Positions 1 to 10,586 of a stretch of DNA of 64,000 nt are shown here, one piece after another (the first letter of the stretch is position 1; each line of letters starts with the position of its first letter). Where the stretch lies: contig CAKOMY010000004.1 of the NCBI GenBank assembly GCA_934096815.1, positions 7,436 through 71,435 of the forward strand. The letters run 5' to 3'. A model generated the notes under the pieces. It worked only from the letters and a program-made list of their open reading frames with translations, was not told where the DNA came from and did not search any database. Origin of the DNA: an uncultured Bacilli bacterium (lineage in GTDB: Bacteria; Bacillota_I; Bacilli_A; RF39; UBA660). A program made the position numbers and the translations under genes.

Positions 1-94
1 ACCTATTAATAATATTAATGTACTTTTTATAAATTTATTTTTCATATTTAAGTATATGATTTATTTATTATTTTAATTTAATTTGTTATAATGT

Positions 95-361
95 TTGTGG
101 ATAAAGATGAGGTTAAAGATGGATGAATTTAAATTTAAGTCTTTAGAAGAATTGTATAAAAAATTAATACCTGCTTTTAATGTTAAAATAAATGATTTAA
201 GAAGAAATAATATTAAAGGAATAGATAGAAAAGATATTTGGAATTATTTAAAAAGTACGTATTGGATGAAAAGAGAACATTTAACTTTAGGAGAAATGGT
301 TAATGATATTATTACAGTTTCTGATAAGGAATTAATAAATTATAAAATTAACAATAGATAG
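95..361 (+). CDS. small protein, possibly a ComN/YrzD-like post-transcriptional regulator
   Basis: 88-aa ORF just upstream of relA. The motif D-I-W-N-Y-L-K...W resembles the D-V-W-x-F-L-K...W core of Bacillus ComN (YrzD), which lies in the same neighbourhood in Bacillus. Similarity judged by eye only. Confidence 0.3.
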   Translation: MWIKMRLKMDEFKFKSLEELYKKLIPAFNVKINDLRRNNIKGIDRKDIWNYLKSTYWMKREHLTLGEMVNDIITVSDKELINYKINNR

Positions 362-364
362 GAT

Positions 365-2467
365 TTGATAAAAATGTTTGAAAATATAATTAATAAACTT
401 AGTGAATGTGCTAGTAGTAGTGAACTTGATTTAGTAAATAAGGCATATAATATTGTTAAAGAAACTGCAAGTGATGACCATTATTTAAGAGTTGCTACGA
501 TTGTATCTGAATTAAATGCTGATAGTACTATGATTATAGCAGCTCTTTTACATGATGCATATGCAAAAGAAAATATTACCTATGATAAAATTAATAAAGA
601 ATTTGGTAGTAATATTGCTAATTTAGTTGCTAATTTAATTAAACTTAGAAGTATTAAATTAAATGATTATAATGAATCATCAAGTGTTTATTTAAGAAAA
701 GTATTAGTTGGAATAAGTGATGATGTAAGAGTTATAATTATTAAACTTGCTGATAGATTAGATGAAATGCAGACTAAAGAGTATAGTGAAGAAGAAAAGA
801 AACAAATTGCTAATGAAACTATGAATGTATTAATTCCAATTGCTCATAGATTAGGTATTAATAGTATTAAATCTAAATTAGAAAATCTATGTTTAAGATA
901 TACTAAACCAGATGTTTATGATGAAATAGCTGAAAAATTATCAGGAACAAGAAAAGAGCTTTCCGTTAGCCTTGAAGATATGCAAAATGAACTTATTGAG
1001 ATTTTAACTGAGCATGGTATTAATTTTCATATTAAATCAAGAGTTAAAAGTGTTTATAGTATTTATAATAAATTATCTACAGGTAAAAAATGGAGTGATA
1101 TTTATGATATTTTAGCACTTAGAATAATTTTAGATACTCCGGAAGATTGTTATTTGGTCGTTGGACTTATTCATGCTAAATATAGACCAATTCCTAAGAG
1201 ATTTAAAGATTATATTGCGATGCCTAAGGAAAATATGTATCAGTCTTTACATACATCTGTTTTTGGTGTTGATGGTCATATATTTGAAATTCAACTTAGA
1301 ACTAAGGAAATGGATGAAATTGCTGAGCATGGTATTGCGTCTCACTGGTCATATAAAGAACATTCAGATGGAACAGTTAAGAATTTAATGGAACAAAAGC
1401 TTGAAATATTTAGAAATACCATAGATTTAGCAACAAGTGATGCTAGTAATGAATTATTTGAACAAAATATGGAAATGGAGCTTTTATCGAAACAAATTTA
1501 CGTTTTTACACCTAAAGGTGATGTAATGGAACTTCCACTTGGTTCTACGCCAGTTGATTTTGCTTACCGAATTCACTCAGATATAGGAGACCATATGGTA
1601 GGTGCAATTGTTAATGATAATATTGTTCCACTTGATTATGAACTTAATGATAACGATATAATTAAAGTTAATACAAATGCGAGTGCTAAACCTAATATAG
1701 ATTGGTTAAAATTTGTTAAAACTAGTCAAGCTAAGAATAAAATTAAAGCATATTTTAGCAAACAAGATCGTGAAAGATATATTGAAGAAGGTAAAACTTT
1801 AATTGAAAAAGAATTAAGAAAGAGAAAATTACCTTTAACTACTTTAAATGAAGAAGAAAATATTGATAAGATTTATAAAAACTTAAAGATTAATAATATG
1901 GATGATATGTATTTAAGTTTAGGTGCTTTAAGATATACTCCAACCTATATTGTTAATTTAATTACAGAAGAAAAACAATCAATGAATGACTTGATGCTTG
2001 AAAGAGTTAATAGTAATTTAGAAATAAAAGAAAATTATAAGAATGACATTATTGTTGATGGTGTAGATAATATTAAAGTTAATGTAGCTAAGTGTTGCCA
2101 TCCTGTTCCTGGCGATGAAATAATAGGATATATTACTAAGGGTGAGGGAATAATTGTTCATAAGAAAAATTGCCCAAATATGAAAAATATTGATACTAGA
2201 TTAATAGATGTTACTTGGAACGATACTAATAGTGATAAATTATTTATTGCAAGAATAAGAGTTAATACTGATTCAATGAATAATCACATTCTAGATATTG
2301 TTACTAAAGCAAGTACAAGAGGAATAACAATTTCTAGTATAAATGAAATTAATGAAAAAGATGCAGTATCATATGAAATAAGTGTTAAAGTTAAAAATAA
2401 GGAGGATTTATCATTACTTATTGAAGATTTAAGAATATTACCATTTGTTAAAGAGGTTGTAAGATGA
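365..2467 (+). CDS. relA: bifunctional (p)ppGpp synthetase/hydrolase Rel (RelA/SpoT family)
   Basis: 700-aa ORF. HD hydrolase motif (LLHDAY), synthetase block (ILALRIILD...FKDYIAMPKENMYQSLHT), TGS region and C-terminal ACT-like domain. The relA-dtd order is conserved. Confidence 0.9.
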   Translation: MIKMFENIINKLSECASSSELDLVNKAYNIVKETASDDHYLRVATIVSELNADSTMIIAALLHDAYAKENITYDKINKEFGSNIANLVANLIKLRSIKLNDYNESSSVYLRKVLVGISDDVRVIIIKLADRLDEMQTKEYSEEEKKQIANETMNVLIPIAHRLGINSIKSKLENLCLRYTKPDVYDEIAEKLSGTRKELSVSLEDMQNELIEILTEHGINFHIKSRVKSVYSIYNKLSTGKKWSDIYDILALRIILDTPEDCYLVVGLIHAKYRPIPKRFKDYIAMPKENMYQSLHTSVFGVDGHIFEIQLRTKEMDEIAEHGIASHWSYKEHSDGTVKNLMEQKLEIFRNTIDLATSDASNELFEQNMEMELLSKQIYVFTPKGDVMELPLGSTPVDFAYRIHSDIGDHMVGAIVNDNIVPLDYELNDNDIIKVNTNASAKPNIDWLKFVKTSQAKNKIKAYFSKQDRERYIEEGKTLIEKELRKRKLPLTTLNEEENIDKIYKNLKINNMDDMYLSLGALRYTPTYIVNLITEEKQSMNDLMLERVNSNLEIKENYKNDIIVDGVDNIKVNVAKCCHPVPGDEIIGYITKGEGIIVHKKNCPNMKNIDTRLIDVTWNDTNSDKLFIARIRVNTDSMNNHILDIVTKASTRGITISSINEINEKDAVSYEISVKVKNKEDLSLLIEDLRILPFVKEVVR

Positions 2468-2907
2468 AAGTTGTTATTCAAAGATGTAAAAGTGGATCTT
2501 GCACGGTAGATGATAAAATAGTAAGTAAAATTGATAAAGGATTAGTGGTTTTAGCTGGATTTAATGTTAATGATACTATTGATGATATAAATTATATTGT
2601 AAAAAAAATAGTTAATTTAAGAATTTTTGATGATGAAAACGGAGTTATGAATAGAAGTGTTATTGATGTTAATGGAGAAATTTTATCAATAAGTCAGTTT
2701 ACTTTGCAAGCTATAACAAAAGATGGCAATAGACCAAGTTATGTTAATGCGATGAAGGGTGAAGATGCTATTAAGTTATATGATATATTTAATAGTAAAT
2801 TAAATGAAAACGTTAAAACTTATTCTGGGGTGTTTGGCGCTGATATGTTAATTAAAATAGATAATGATGGACCAATAACAATTGTAATAGATAGCCAAAA
2901 TAAATAA
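2464..2907 (+). CDS. dtd: D-aminoacyl-tRNA deacylase
   Basis: 147 aa. The N-terminus MKVVIQR...VVLAGF and the C-terminal SQFTL...G.RPS motif are typical of Dtd. Overlaps the relA stop (ATGA), as in relA-dtd operons. Confidence 0.85.
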   Translation: MKVVIQRCKSGSCTVDDKIVSKIDKGLVVLAGFNVNDTIDDINYIVKKIVNLRIFDDENGVMNRSVIDVNGEILSISQFTLQAITKDGNRPSYVNAMKGEDAIKLYDIFNSKLNENVKTYSGVFGADMLIKIDNDGPITIVIDSQNK

Positions 2908-2920
2908 TAGGGAGTTAAAT

Positions 2921-4078
2921 ATGGGGAAAAAGAATTTATATATCGTGTTTGATCAATTACCAGGAAAAAAAACAGGAGGACTAGTTACAACATATGTAAG
3001 AATTTCCAAATTATTAAAAGAAGAATATAATATAAAAATATTAAGTATTTTTAATTATGAAGAAAATGAATTATTTAAAGAAAATGAAGTAATTTATATT
3101 AATAAAAATACGGTATCATCAGATTGTATTAATATAATTAGTTATATAAAAAAATTTGACTTTAAACAAACAATCAAAGCTCTTAAAAATTTATTTCTAT
3201 ACTTTGTTACAATTCCTTATAATCGAAGAAAAGTATCAAAATTAATAAATAAAGATGATTTAGTTATAGTTTCTTGTCCATCTGCTGCTATATTTATGCC
3301 TAAAAATATAGATTTTATATTAGAAATTCATATATATTTTAAATATTTTTATGGAAGTAATTTAAAAGGCAGATTACAATCATTATTTATGCAAAAACCT
3401 AAATTAACACTTTATCGTACCAAAAGTGATATGATTGAAGCTAAAGATGCGGGATTTAAAGATGTTGGTTATGTATATAATTTCTTTGAAAATAAAAATA
3501 TAAAGCCAAATAAAAAACTTGTTAAAAATAAGATCTGTTTTGTTGGCAGACTAGAGAAACAAAAAGATTTGCCTCGAATGATAGAAATTGCTAGTAAATT
3601 AAGACAAATAAATAATAACTTTATCTTAGATATATATGGTGAGGGGAGTCAAAAAGATACAATTAGTAGACTAATAAAAAAGTATCACTTAGAAGAAAAT
3701 GTTTTTTTAAAAGGTTTTACTCAAGATAAAAATATATATGCTAATTACTCAATTATGTGGATGACATCTTCTTTTGAGGGATTTGGTTTAACAATTATAG
3801 AAGCAAAATCAAATGGAGTTCCAACAATCTCTACTAATTGGGGTAATGGCGTGTATGAAGTAATTAATGATGGAATAGATGGATTTATAGTAAATAATAA
3901 TGAAGATTTTATTGATAAAACGACTATTTTATTATCAGATGATAAAAAGTTGGAAGAATTTAAACAAAATTCATTACATAATTTTGATAAATTTTCTAAA
4001 GAAAGAGCAAAAAAAATTTGGATATATATACTTAATAACTATAAAAATAAAAATATTGATAATTTTTTTGATGAATAG
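2921..4078 (+). CDS. GT4-family glycosyltransferase
   Basis: 385 aa. C-terminal EGFGLTIIEAKSNGVPTIST...DGIDGFIV is the GT4 E-x7-E nucleotide-sugar binding region. Confidence 0.75.
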   Translation: MGKKNLYIVFDQLPGKKTGGLVTTYVRISKLLKEEYNIKILSIFNYEENELFKENEVIYINKNTVSSDCINIISYIKKFDFKQTIKALKNLFLYFVTIPYNRRKVSKLINKDDLVIVSCPSAAIFMPKNIDFILEIHIYFKYFYGSNLKGRLQSLFMQKPKLTLYRTKSDMIEAKDAGFKDVGYVYNFFENKNIKPNKKLVKNKICFVGRLEKQKDLPRMIEIASKLRQINNNFILDIYGEGSQKDTISRLIKKYHLEENVFLKGFTQDKNIYANYSIMWMTSSFEGFGLTIIEAKSNGVPTISTNWGNGVYEVINDGIDGFIVNNNEDFIDKTTILLSDDKKLEEFKQNSLHNFDKFSKERAKKIWIYILNNYKNKNIDNFFDE

Positions 4079-4169
4079 AGCTGTTGCTCTTTTTAATTTT
4101 ATTAAAAAATATACAAATATCATACGTATATGTTATAATTTAACTAGTTATAAAGAAAATAGGTGAAAT

Positions 4170-5120
4170 ATGAAAGATTTAATTACAGTTGTAATACCAA
4201 TATATAACGTAGAAAAATATTTAGAACGCTGTATTAAAAGTATAATTAATCAAACATATAAAAATATAGAAGTATTACTTGTTAATGATGGATCACCAGA
4301 TAATTCAAAAGAAATAATGGAAAAATATAAAGAAAATGATAAAAGAATAAAATGCTTTTATAAAAAAAATGGTGGATTATCTGATACTAGAAATTATGCC
4401 ATAAATATTGCTTCTGGTAAATATATTTGTTTTATTGATGGCGATGATTATATTGATAATACCTTTGTAGAAAAATTATATAATAAGATAATAGAAGATA
4501 AATCGGATTTAGCTTGGTGTAATTTTAATTTAGTAAATGATGATGGAAAATATGATGAAATTATAATCAATGATAAAAATATTTATGATTTCGAAATGCC
4601 TTCAGCTTGCAATAAATTATATAATGTTGATATTTTTAAGAAAAATAATATTTATTTTCCAGTTGGGATTTGGTATGAAGATTTAGCAACAACTCCTAGA
4701 ATTTTATTTAGTACAAATAAAATTAGTTGGGTAAATGAAGGCTTATATAATTATTATTTTAATGTTGAATCAATTACTAATACATATAGTATAAAGGTAT
4801 TGGATTCATTAAAGGCGTTAAAAATAGTTGATGACTTTGTAAAAGAAAATAATATTCAAAATGTTGATGAATATTTAGAATATCTATATTTATATAATGG
4901 AATATTAAATACAGTTTATAGATTATCTATGTGCAATGAAGCAAAAATCAGTGATATTAAAAATGTTGTTAAAATTTGTGAGGAAAGATTTCCAAAATTA
5001 TTAAATAATAATGCTTATATAAAAAAATTGGATACAAGTAGAAAGATTTTAAGATTATTATTAAAATTAAAATTATATAGGTTTACTAGATTCATAATAA
5101 GATTTAAAAAAAGGTGGTAA
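4170..5120 (+). CDS. GT2-family glycosyltransferase
   Basis: N-terminal VVIPIYNVEKYLERCIKSIINQTYKNIEVLLVNDGSPDNS...FIDGDD is the classic GT2 DxD fold. Confidence 0.8.
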   Translation: MKDLITVVIPIYNVEKYLERCIKSIINQTYKNIEVLLVNDGSPDNSKEIMEKYKENDKRIKCFYKKNGGLSDTRNYAINIASGKYICFIDGDDYIDNTFVEKLYNKIIEDKSDLAWCNFNLVNDDGKYDEIIINDKNIYDFEMPSACNKLYNVDIFKKNNIYFPVGIWYEDLATTPRILFSTNKISWVNEGLYNYYFNVESITNTYSIKVLDSLKALKIVDDFVKENNIQNVDEYLEYLYLYNGILNTVYRLSMCNEAKISDIKNVVKICEERFPKLLNNNAYIKKLDTSRKILRLLLKLKLYRFTRFIIRFKKRW

Positions 5121-5121
5121 T

Positions 5122-6072
5122 ATGAAAAAAGTATCTATAATTGTACCATGCTATAATGTTGAAAAATATATAGAAAGATGCTTAAATTCCTTAATTAATC
5201 AAGAATATAAAAATATTGAAATTTTATGTATTGATGATGGTTCTAAAGACAATACAAAAGAGATTATAGAAAACTTTTTAGAAAAAGATAAAAGAATTCA
5301 ATATTTTTATAAAGAAAATGGTGGATTATCAAGTGCGAGAAATTATGGATTAAAATATGTTGATGGCTACTATTGTTGCTTTATTGATAGTGATGATTAT
5401 GTTGATTCAACATATGTAAGTAAATTGGTCAATTCTATTGAAAAAAATAATTCAGAAATGGCTGTATGTGAATTTGATAGAGTATATGGAAAACATATAA
5501 CTCATAAAGAAATGAAAATGAAAGATATAGAAAATTATATAGTTCCTGCTGCATGGAATAAAATGTTTATTAGTGATTATTTTAAAGATTTATCCTTTCC
5601 AGAAGGCTTATGGTATGAAGATTTAGCAACTATACCAAAATATATAATGAAGCATAATAAAGTGTCTATAGTTAATGAATCATTGTATTTTTATATTCAA
5701 AATCCTAAATCAATTATGCATACAAGTGATAATCGTATTTTTCAAATTTATAATAGCATTGATTGTATTGAAAAATATGCTTTTGATAATAATATTTATA
5801 ATGATTATCAAAAAAATTTAGAGTTTGCAAATATATATCATATTATTGTCGGAACTGTTTTTAGAGCGTCAGGACATAGTGATTTTAGTATTAATATGAT
5901 TAAGGATATTGTTTCTATTGTTGAAAAAAAATATCCGGATTGGTATAATAATTGTATGATTAAAAAGGATTTTTCATTTGTTTATAGAGCCTATTTATGG
6001 TTTATAAAAAGAAAATTGTATTTTGTTGTTTATTTAGTGCTCAAATTATTTGGAAGATTTATGCATTTATAG
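5122..6072 (+). CDS. GT2-family glycosyltransferase (paralog of the previous gene)
   Basis: SIIVPCYNVEKYIERCLNSLINQEYKNIEILCIDDGSKDNT...FIDSDD. About 45% identity by eye to 4170..5120. Start abuts the stop of the upstream gene. Confidence 0.8.
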   Translation: MKKVSIIVPCYNVEKYIERCLNSLINQEYKNIEILCIDDGSKDNTKEIIENFLEKDKRIQYFYKENGGLSSARNYGLKYVDGYYCCFIDSDDYVDSTYVSKLVNSIEKNNSEMAVCEFDRVYGKHITHKEMKMKDIENYIVPAAWNKMFISDYFKDLSFPEGLWYEDLATIPKYIMKHNKVSIVNESLYFYIQNPKSIMHTSDNRIFQIYNSIDCIEKYAFDNNIYNDYQKNLEFANIYHIIVGTVFRASGHSDFSINMIKDIVSIVEKKYPDWYNNCMIKKDFSFVYRAYLWFIKRKLYFVVYLVLKLFGRFMHL

Positions 6073-6089
6073 AAATGAGTTGAAGTATT

Positions 6090-6770
6090 GTGAAAGTATT
6101 AATTATTGTTCCGGCATATAATGAAGAATTAAATTTAAAAAAAGTAGTAAAAGATATCAAAAAAAATTGCAATTATGATTATTTAATTATCAATGATTGT
6201 TCTACTGATAATACTGAAAAATTATGCATTGAAAATAATTTTAATTATTTATCTTTGCCAATAAATTATGGATTATCAAGTGTTATTCAATTAGGATTTA
6301 AATATGCACTTAAGTATGATTATGATGCGGTTGTTCAATTTGATGGTGATGGACAACATCATGCAAAATATATTGATGAAATGGTTAAAGAATTAGAAAA
6401 AGGTAATGATATTGTTATAGGTTCAAGATATGTTACAAAAAAGAAACCATTTTCATTAAGAATGATAGGTAGTCGTATAATTTCATTTTTGATTAAAATT
6501 ACAACAGGTAAAACAATAAATGATCCAACGTCTGGTTTTAGGATTTATTCAAAAAAATTAATTCCGGAATTTGCTAATTATATTAATTATCCGCCAGAAC
6601 CTGATTGCTTAGTTTATTTATTAAGAAGAAAATTTAGGGTTAAAGAAGTTCAAGTTGAAATGAGTGAAAGAGAATTTGGAACAAGTTATTTAAATGCATT
6701 TAAATCTTTTGAATATATGCTTAGAATTTGTGTTTCTATTTTATTTATACAGCTATTTAGGAGGAAGTAA
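6090..6770 (+). CDS. GT2 polyprenyl-phosphate sugar synthase (GtrB/CsbB/DPM1-like)
   Basis: 226 aa. LIIVPAYNEELNLKKVV...INDCSTDNT...FDGDGQH and the short single-domain length are typical of GtrB/CsbB-type enzymes that make C55-P-sugar. Confidence 0.65.
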   Translation: MKVLIIVPAYNEELNLKKVVKDIKKNCNYDYLIINDCSTDNTEKLCIENNFNYLSLPINYGLSSVIQLGFKYALKYDYDAVVQFDGDGQHHAKYIDEMVKELEKGNDIVIGSRYVTKKKPFSLRMIGSRIISFLIKITTGKTINDPTSGFRIYSKKLIPEFANYINYPPEPDCLVYLLRRKFRVKEVQVEMSEREFGTSYLNAFKSFEYMLRICVSILFIQLFRRK

Positions 6771-6772
6771 AG

Positions 6773-7111
6773 ATGAACATTACATTAAGAATACTATTAT
6801 TATTTTTTTCTATTTTGTATTTTGGTTATACAATTTTTAAAGTAAGAAAGGCAAGCCTTAATATTGAAGATGCTATTTTTCCTATAGTTTTTTCATTACT
6901 TTGTGTTTTTATGAGTATATTTACAAAATTTATTACTTATATTTCAGATAAATTAGGGTTTATGAGTGTTTCAAATTTTGTGTTAGTGTTTGTTATTTTA
7001 GTACTTAGTATTTATAATTTAAAAATTGTTACTAAGTATTCAAAATTAAATGAAAATGTAAAAAAACTAAATCATTTTATTGCCTTAAATGAAAAGGAGA
7101 ATAAGAAATGA
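6773..7111 (+). CDS. GtrA/GtcA-like small membrane protein (putative flippase subunit)
   Basis: 112 aa with three to four predicted TM helices. Lies directly downstream of the GtrB-like gene with a 2-nt gap, which is the standard GtrA position. Confidence 0.4.
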   Translation: MNITLRILLLFFSILYFGYTIFKVRKASLNIEDAIFPIVFSLLCVFMSIFTKFITYISDKLGFMSVSNFVLVFVILVLSIYNLKIVTKYSKLNENVKKLNHFIALNEKENKK

Positions 7112-9252
7112 TAAGGTTAACATTAATTTTTTTACCATTTTTATTTATTTTATTACCTACGTGTTACTTAGTTGGTAGTTTAGTTATTGAAAAAATAAAA
7201 TTAGAATTTAATAAATATTTGAGAGTATGTATTGGTTTTATTACTTTGATTGCTGTATTTCAAATACTTTATTATCCAGCAATGATTTTACAGTTACCTA
7301 GTTTGTATATAACTATTGTTGGACTTATGATTTCATTAACTTTATTTGTGTTAGATATTAAATATTTTAAGAAAATTAAGGGCTTTTATAAAGATAAATA
7401 TATTTGGGGTATATTATTTATGGCTTTTATATTTTTCTTTTTGTATATGAGAACAGTACCGGAAGAATATTTTTATTATGACGATAGTTTTTATTTTCCT
7501 TTGATGTATCATAATGCGAACACGAATAAATTATTTTCTATAGAACCTAGAGTAGGTACAGAGGTAGATTCAATAACTAGTTATTATATGTATCAAGGAT
7601 ATTATTTAATTGGTAGTTTTTTTATTAGTATATTTAACTTATTAAAAAATGTTTTTGATTTAAAATTTTCTTATGTTTCAGTTGTTCTTTATTTTATGTC
7701 TGTTCCAACATTTACAATATTGGTTTTAACAATGTTAGGATTAATCAAACAAAAAGAACTAAGTAAATTAGAAAAAATATTATTTGTATTATGTTGTTTA
7801 TTTTATGTTATATATTTACCAATTGATTCTAATATTTATAATAATATATTTATGACTGGTTATTCGGGTGTGTTTAGTTCCTTAACAGTTATATATCCAT
7901 TTTTTATGTATGTTGTGCTAAACTATTATAAACATAAAAACTATAAATATTTACTTATGATTTTATTTTTTACATTATTAAGCTATGCAAGCTTTAATCT
8001 TTTTAATATTATTATTATACTTTTTGTTATGTTACTACTCCAAATGATTAATAATTTCGAAATTAATTATAATAATTATTTTTTATTGTGTTTTCCTGTA
8101 TTGTTATATTTAAGTGCATTTTTAATTAGCAATAATTATGTATCAATGATTGCATTTATTTTAGTTATATTATTATATTTATTGTATTTTAAAAAAATAA
8201 TTAAAAAATATAATTTAAATGACTTAAATAAATACAATAAAGTATTTAAAACTATTATGTTAGTAATATCTTTTTTACCAGTTCTTTTATCAATAATTAT
8301 GTTAATTTTAAAATTAACTATAAAAATAGACACATTATACTATATAGATACATTGATTAATGATTTCTTTCCATTATTTGGTAATTATCAGTTTCATTAT
8401 TCATATTTACCTATCACTATTTTTTATATTGTTTTAGGTTATTTACTAGTGTTTAATGTTTATAAAAGAAGATATGAATCGACTGATAAGAAAATTATTT
8501 GGTTTATTATCTTAATTGGATTAATATTCTTGAATCCTTTAGCAATTCCTTTTATATCAACAGCAATGACTTCAGAAGTCTTTTCAAGAATATTTCCATT
8601 AATATTTAACCCATTAGTTATGTTTACTATTTTAAAGCCTATTATTAATAGTTTTAAATGTAAAAAATGTTTAGCATATTTAATGATAATATTTATTGTT
8701 GGCATTTCTATGGTTGAATTAAAATCTTTAAGTTTTTCAGTTGGACAAACTGGTGGATCTGATAAGGTTTATAGAATGAGAACTAGAGATGTAGCAGCAT
8801 ATATTAAACTTGAAAGATATTTAAATAATTATGATATTGATAATCCTGTAATTGGTTCAAATCATAGTGATATGAGAATTCTTAATCCCACTATTAAAAG
8901 TAGTTATGATAGATTTATTTCATTAAAGCCTAATAAAAGTTTTACAAAATATGCTTATTATCAATTAACACTTTATAGATTAAATCAAGGGATAATTAAC
9001 ACTAAATATTTAGATGATGGAGATACACTTTATGATGCAATTAAATATTTAGGAGTTAATTTAATTACGGTTGACTTAAAATGCTTAGATAAAAGTGTAA
9101 TTGATGATATAGGTGGTGTATGTATTTTTGATAGAGAAAATACAGATACCGAAGAATATAAAGAAGCCAGTAAAATATATAAAGATTTACTTAAACATAT
9201 GGATTTAATATATGAAACTGATAGGTATAGATTATATTATGTAGGAGACTAA
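7108..9252 (+). CDS. large polytopic membrane protein, candidate GT-C-type glycosyltransferase / polymerase (YfhO/GtrC-like role)
   Basis: 714 aa with more than 12 hydrophobic segments followed by a ~200-aa soluble C-terminal domain. Sits third in the GtrB-GtrA-X arrangement. Role assigned by context only. Confidence 0.35.
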   Translation: MIRLTLIFLPFLFILLPTCYLVGSLVIEKIKLEFNKYLRVCIGFITLIAVFQILYYPAMILQLPSLYITIVGLMISLTLFVLDIKYFKKIKGFYKDKYIWGILFMAFIFFFLYMRTVPEEYFYYDDSFYFPLMYHNANTNKLFSIEPRVGTEVDSITSYYMYQGYYLIGSFFISIFNLLKNVFDLKFSYVSVVLYFMSVPTFTILVLTMLGLIKQKELSKLEKILFVLCCLFYVIYLPIDSNIYNNIFMTGYSGVFSSLTVIYPFFMYVVLNYYKHKNYKYLLMILFFTLLSYASFNLFNIIIILFVMLLLQMINNFEINYNNYFLLCFPVLLYLSAFLISNNYVSMIAFILVILLYLLYFKKIIKKYNLNDLNKYNKVFKTIMLVISFLPVLLSIIMLILKLTIKIDTLYYIDTLINDFFPLFGNYQFHYSYLPITIFYIVLGYLLVFNVYKRRYESTDKKIIWFIILIGLIFLNPLAIPFISTAMTSEVFSRIFPLIFNPLVMFTILKPIINSFKCKKCLAYLMIIFIVGISMVELKSLSFSVGQTGGSDKVYRMRTRDVAAYIKLERYLNNYDIDNPVIGSNHSDMRILNPTIKSSYDRFISLKPNKSFTKYAYYQLTLYRLNQGIINTKYLDDGDTLYDAIKYLGVNLITVDLKCLDKSVIDDIGGVCIFDRENTDTEEYKEASKIYKDLLKHMDLIYETDRYRLYYVGD

Positions 9253-10586
9253 TGATGAAGGAAAAAATAAAAAAAATTTATAATAAAATATTAGAAAGAA
9301 AATTAATTAAAAATTTTTTAATGATATTTACTGGACAAGGAATATCATCAGTATTTGGACTTTTTGCTACGATAATGATTATATCTACAATAGGATCTGA
9401 ACAACATGGCATATTAATAGTTATTCAAACATATTCAACGTTATTTTACAGTTTTTTTTCTTTTAAAACATTTCAAGCATTAATCAAATATTTAGCACAA
9501 GCAAAAAAAGAAAATGATACAGAAAATATTAAAATATATATAAAATGGTCTTTTTTGTTAGATTTGTTATCTTTATTACTAATGTTTGTCTTTGGAATTG
9601 TTTTAAAAAATCTTGTAATAAGTTGGATGAATTGGCCTACCAATATTACTAAGTATTTAATGATTTATTTAGCATTACAAATATTTTATATACAAGGAAC
9701 TACAATTGGAGTTTTAAGATCATATGAAAAATATAACTATGTTGTAACTTCACAAATTATTTCCAATGTAGTAAGGTTTGCTTTATATTTATATTGTTAT
9801 TTGAGTAAAAGTAGTTTTGATGCATTTTTTCTAGCAGAAGTTATAGCTACTTTTGTAAATTATATATTGCTTATTTATTATACTGTTAAAGTTCTAAGAG
9901 AAAATAAATTATTAGATTTTTATAAAGTTAAATTAAAATATAAGAAAGAATTTTTCATGTTTAATATATATAGTAATTTAACATCTACTTTAGATTTGCC
10001 AATTAATCAAGTTACTCAACTAATTATAAATAAATATTTAGGATTTAGCGCTAATTCAGCATATAATGTATTTGAAAAATTAGGAACTGTAATTAATAAA
10101 CTTGGTGATCCTATTAATCAAATAATATATCCAGAAATGAATTTAAAAATTGTAGATAAAGATTATGATGGAGCTAGAGATTTATCTAAAAAATTAAAGA
10201 AATTAATGTTAGGCATATTTGCAGTTTGCTTTGTAGGAACTTTGTTAACTTATAAATTATGGTTTCATTTATTTATAGATGATGTAGATTTATATATAAT
10301 TCCATTTTGCTTATATTTGGCGTTTATATCATATTCTAATGCTGCTATGGGAACGCATAATTTATTTATGGCCTTGGGGTATGTTAAATATAATATTCCG
10401 ATTTTAATAATAGTTAATTCAATATATTTGGTATTTTTGTTCTTTGCTATTCAAAATCTTGGACTAAGTGGCGTATTACTTGCTTATTTAATTCAAGCAA
10501 TGGGAATGGTTGTAATAAAAGAAATAATTTTAAAAAAACATAGATATATGGAATATGTAGATAAAAAAGGAGTCAAGAATGCTTAA
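9252..10586 (+). CDS. Wzx-type polysaccharide flippase (MOP superfamily, 'polysaccharide biosynthesis protein')
   Basis: 444 aa, about 12 TM segments. The N-terminal LMIFTGQGISSVFGLFATIMIISTIGSEQHGIL is typical of the Wzx/RfbX family. Confidence 0.65.
   Translation: MMKEKIKKIYNKILERKLIKNFLMIFTGQGISSVFGLFATIMIISTIGSEQHGILIVIQTYSTLFYSFFSFKTFQALIKYLAQAKKENDTENIKIYIKWSFLLDLLSLLLMFVFGIVLKNLVISWMNWPTNITKYLMIYLALQIFYIQGTTIGVLRSYEKYNYVVTSQIISNVVRFALYLYCYLSKSSFDAFFLAEVIATFVNYILLIYYTVKVLRENKLLDFYKVKLKYKKEFFMFNIYSNLTSTLDLPINQVTQLIINKYLGFSANSAYNVFEKLGTVINKLGDPINQIIYPEMNLKIVDKDYDGARDLSKKLKKLMLGIFAVCFVGTLLTYKLWFHLFIDDVDLYIIPFCLYLAFISYSNAAMGTHNLFMALGYVKYNIPILIIVNSIYLVFLFFAIQNLGLSGVLLAYLIQAMGMVVIKEIILKKHRYMEYVDKKGVKNA

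Noticed and set aside
1161-1388. 75-aa plus-strand ORF inside relA
   Set aside because: Lies entirely within the well-supported relA frame, has no RBS and is a low-complexity hydrophobic translation. It is a frame-shadow ORF.
2284-2481. Minus-strand 65-aa ORF over the relA/dtd junction
   Set aside because: Antisense to two confident genes, with no RBS. Spurious.
3900-4166. 88-aa ORF overlapping the 3' end of the GT4 gene
   Set aside because: Alternative frame of a confident CDS. Ile/Lys-rich AT-bias artefact.
8136-8705. Two minus-strand ORFs (65 and 81 aa) inside the 714-aa membrane protein gene
   Set aside because: Antisense shadows in AT-rich coding DNA. No translation signals.
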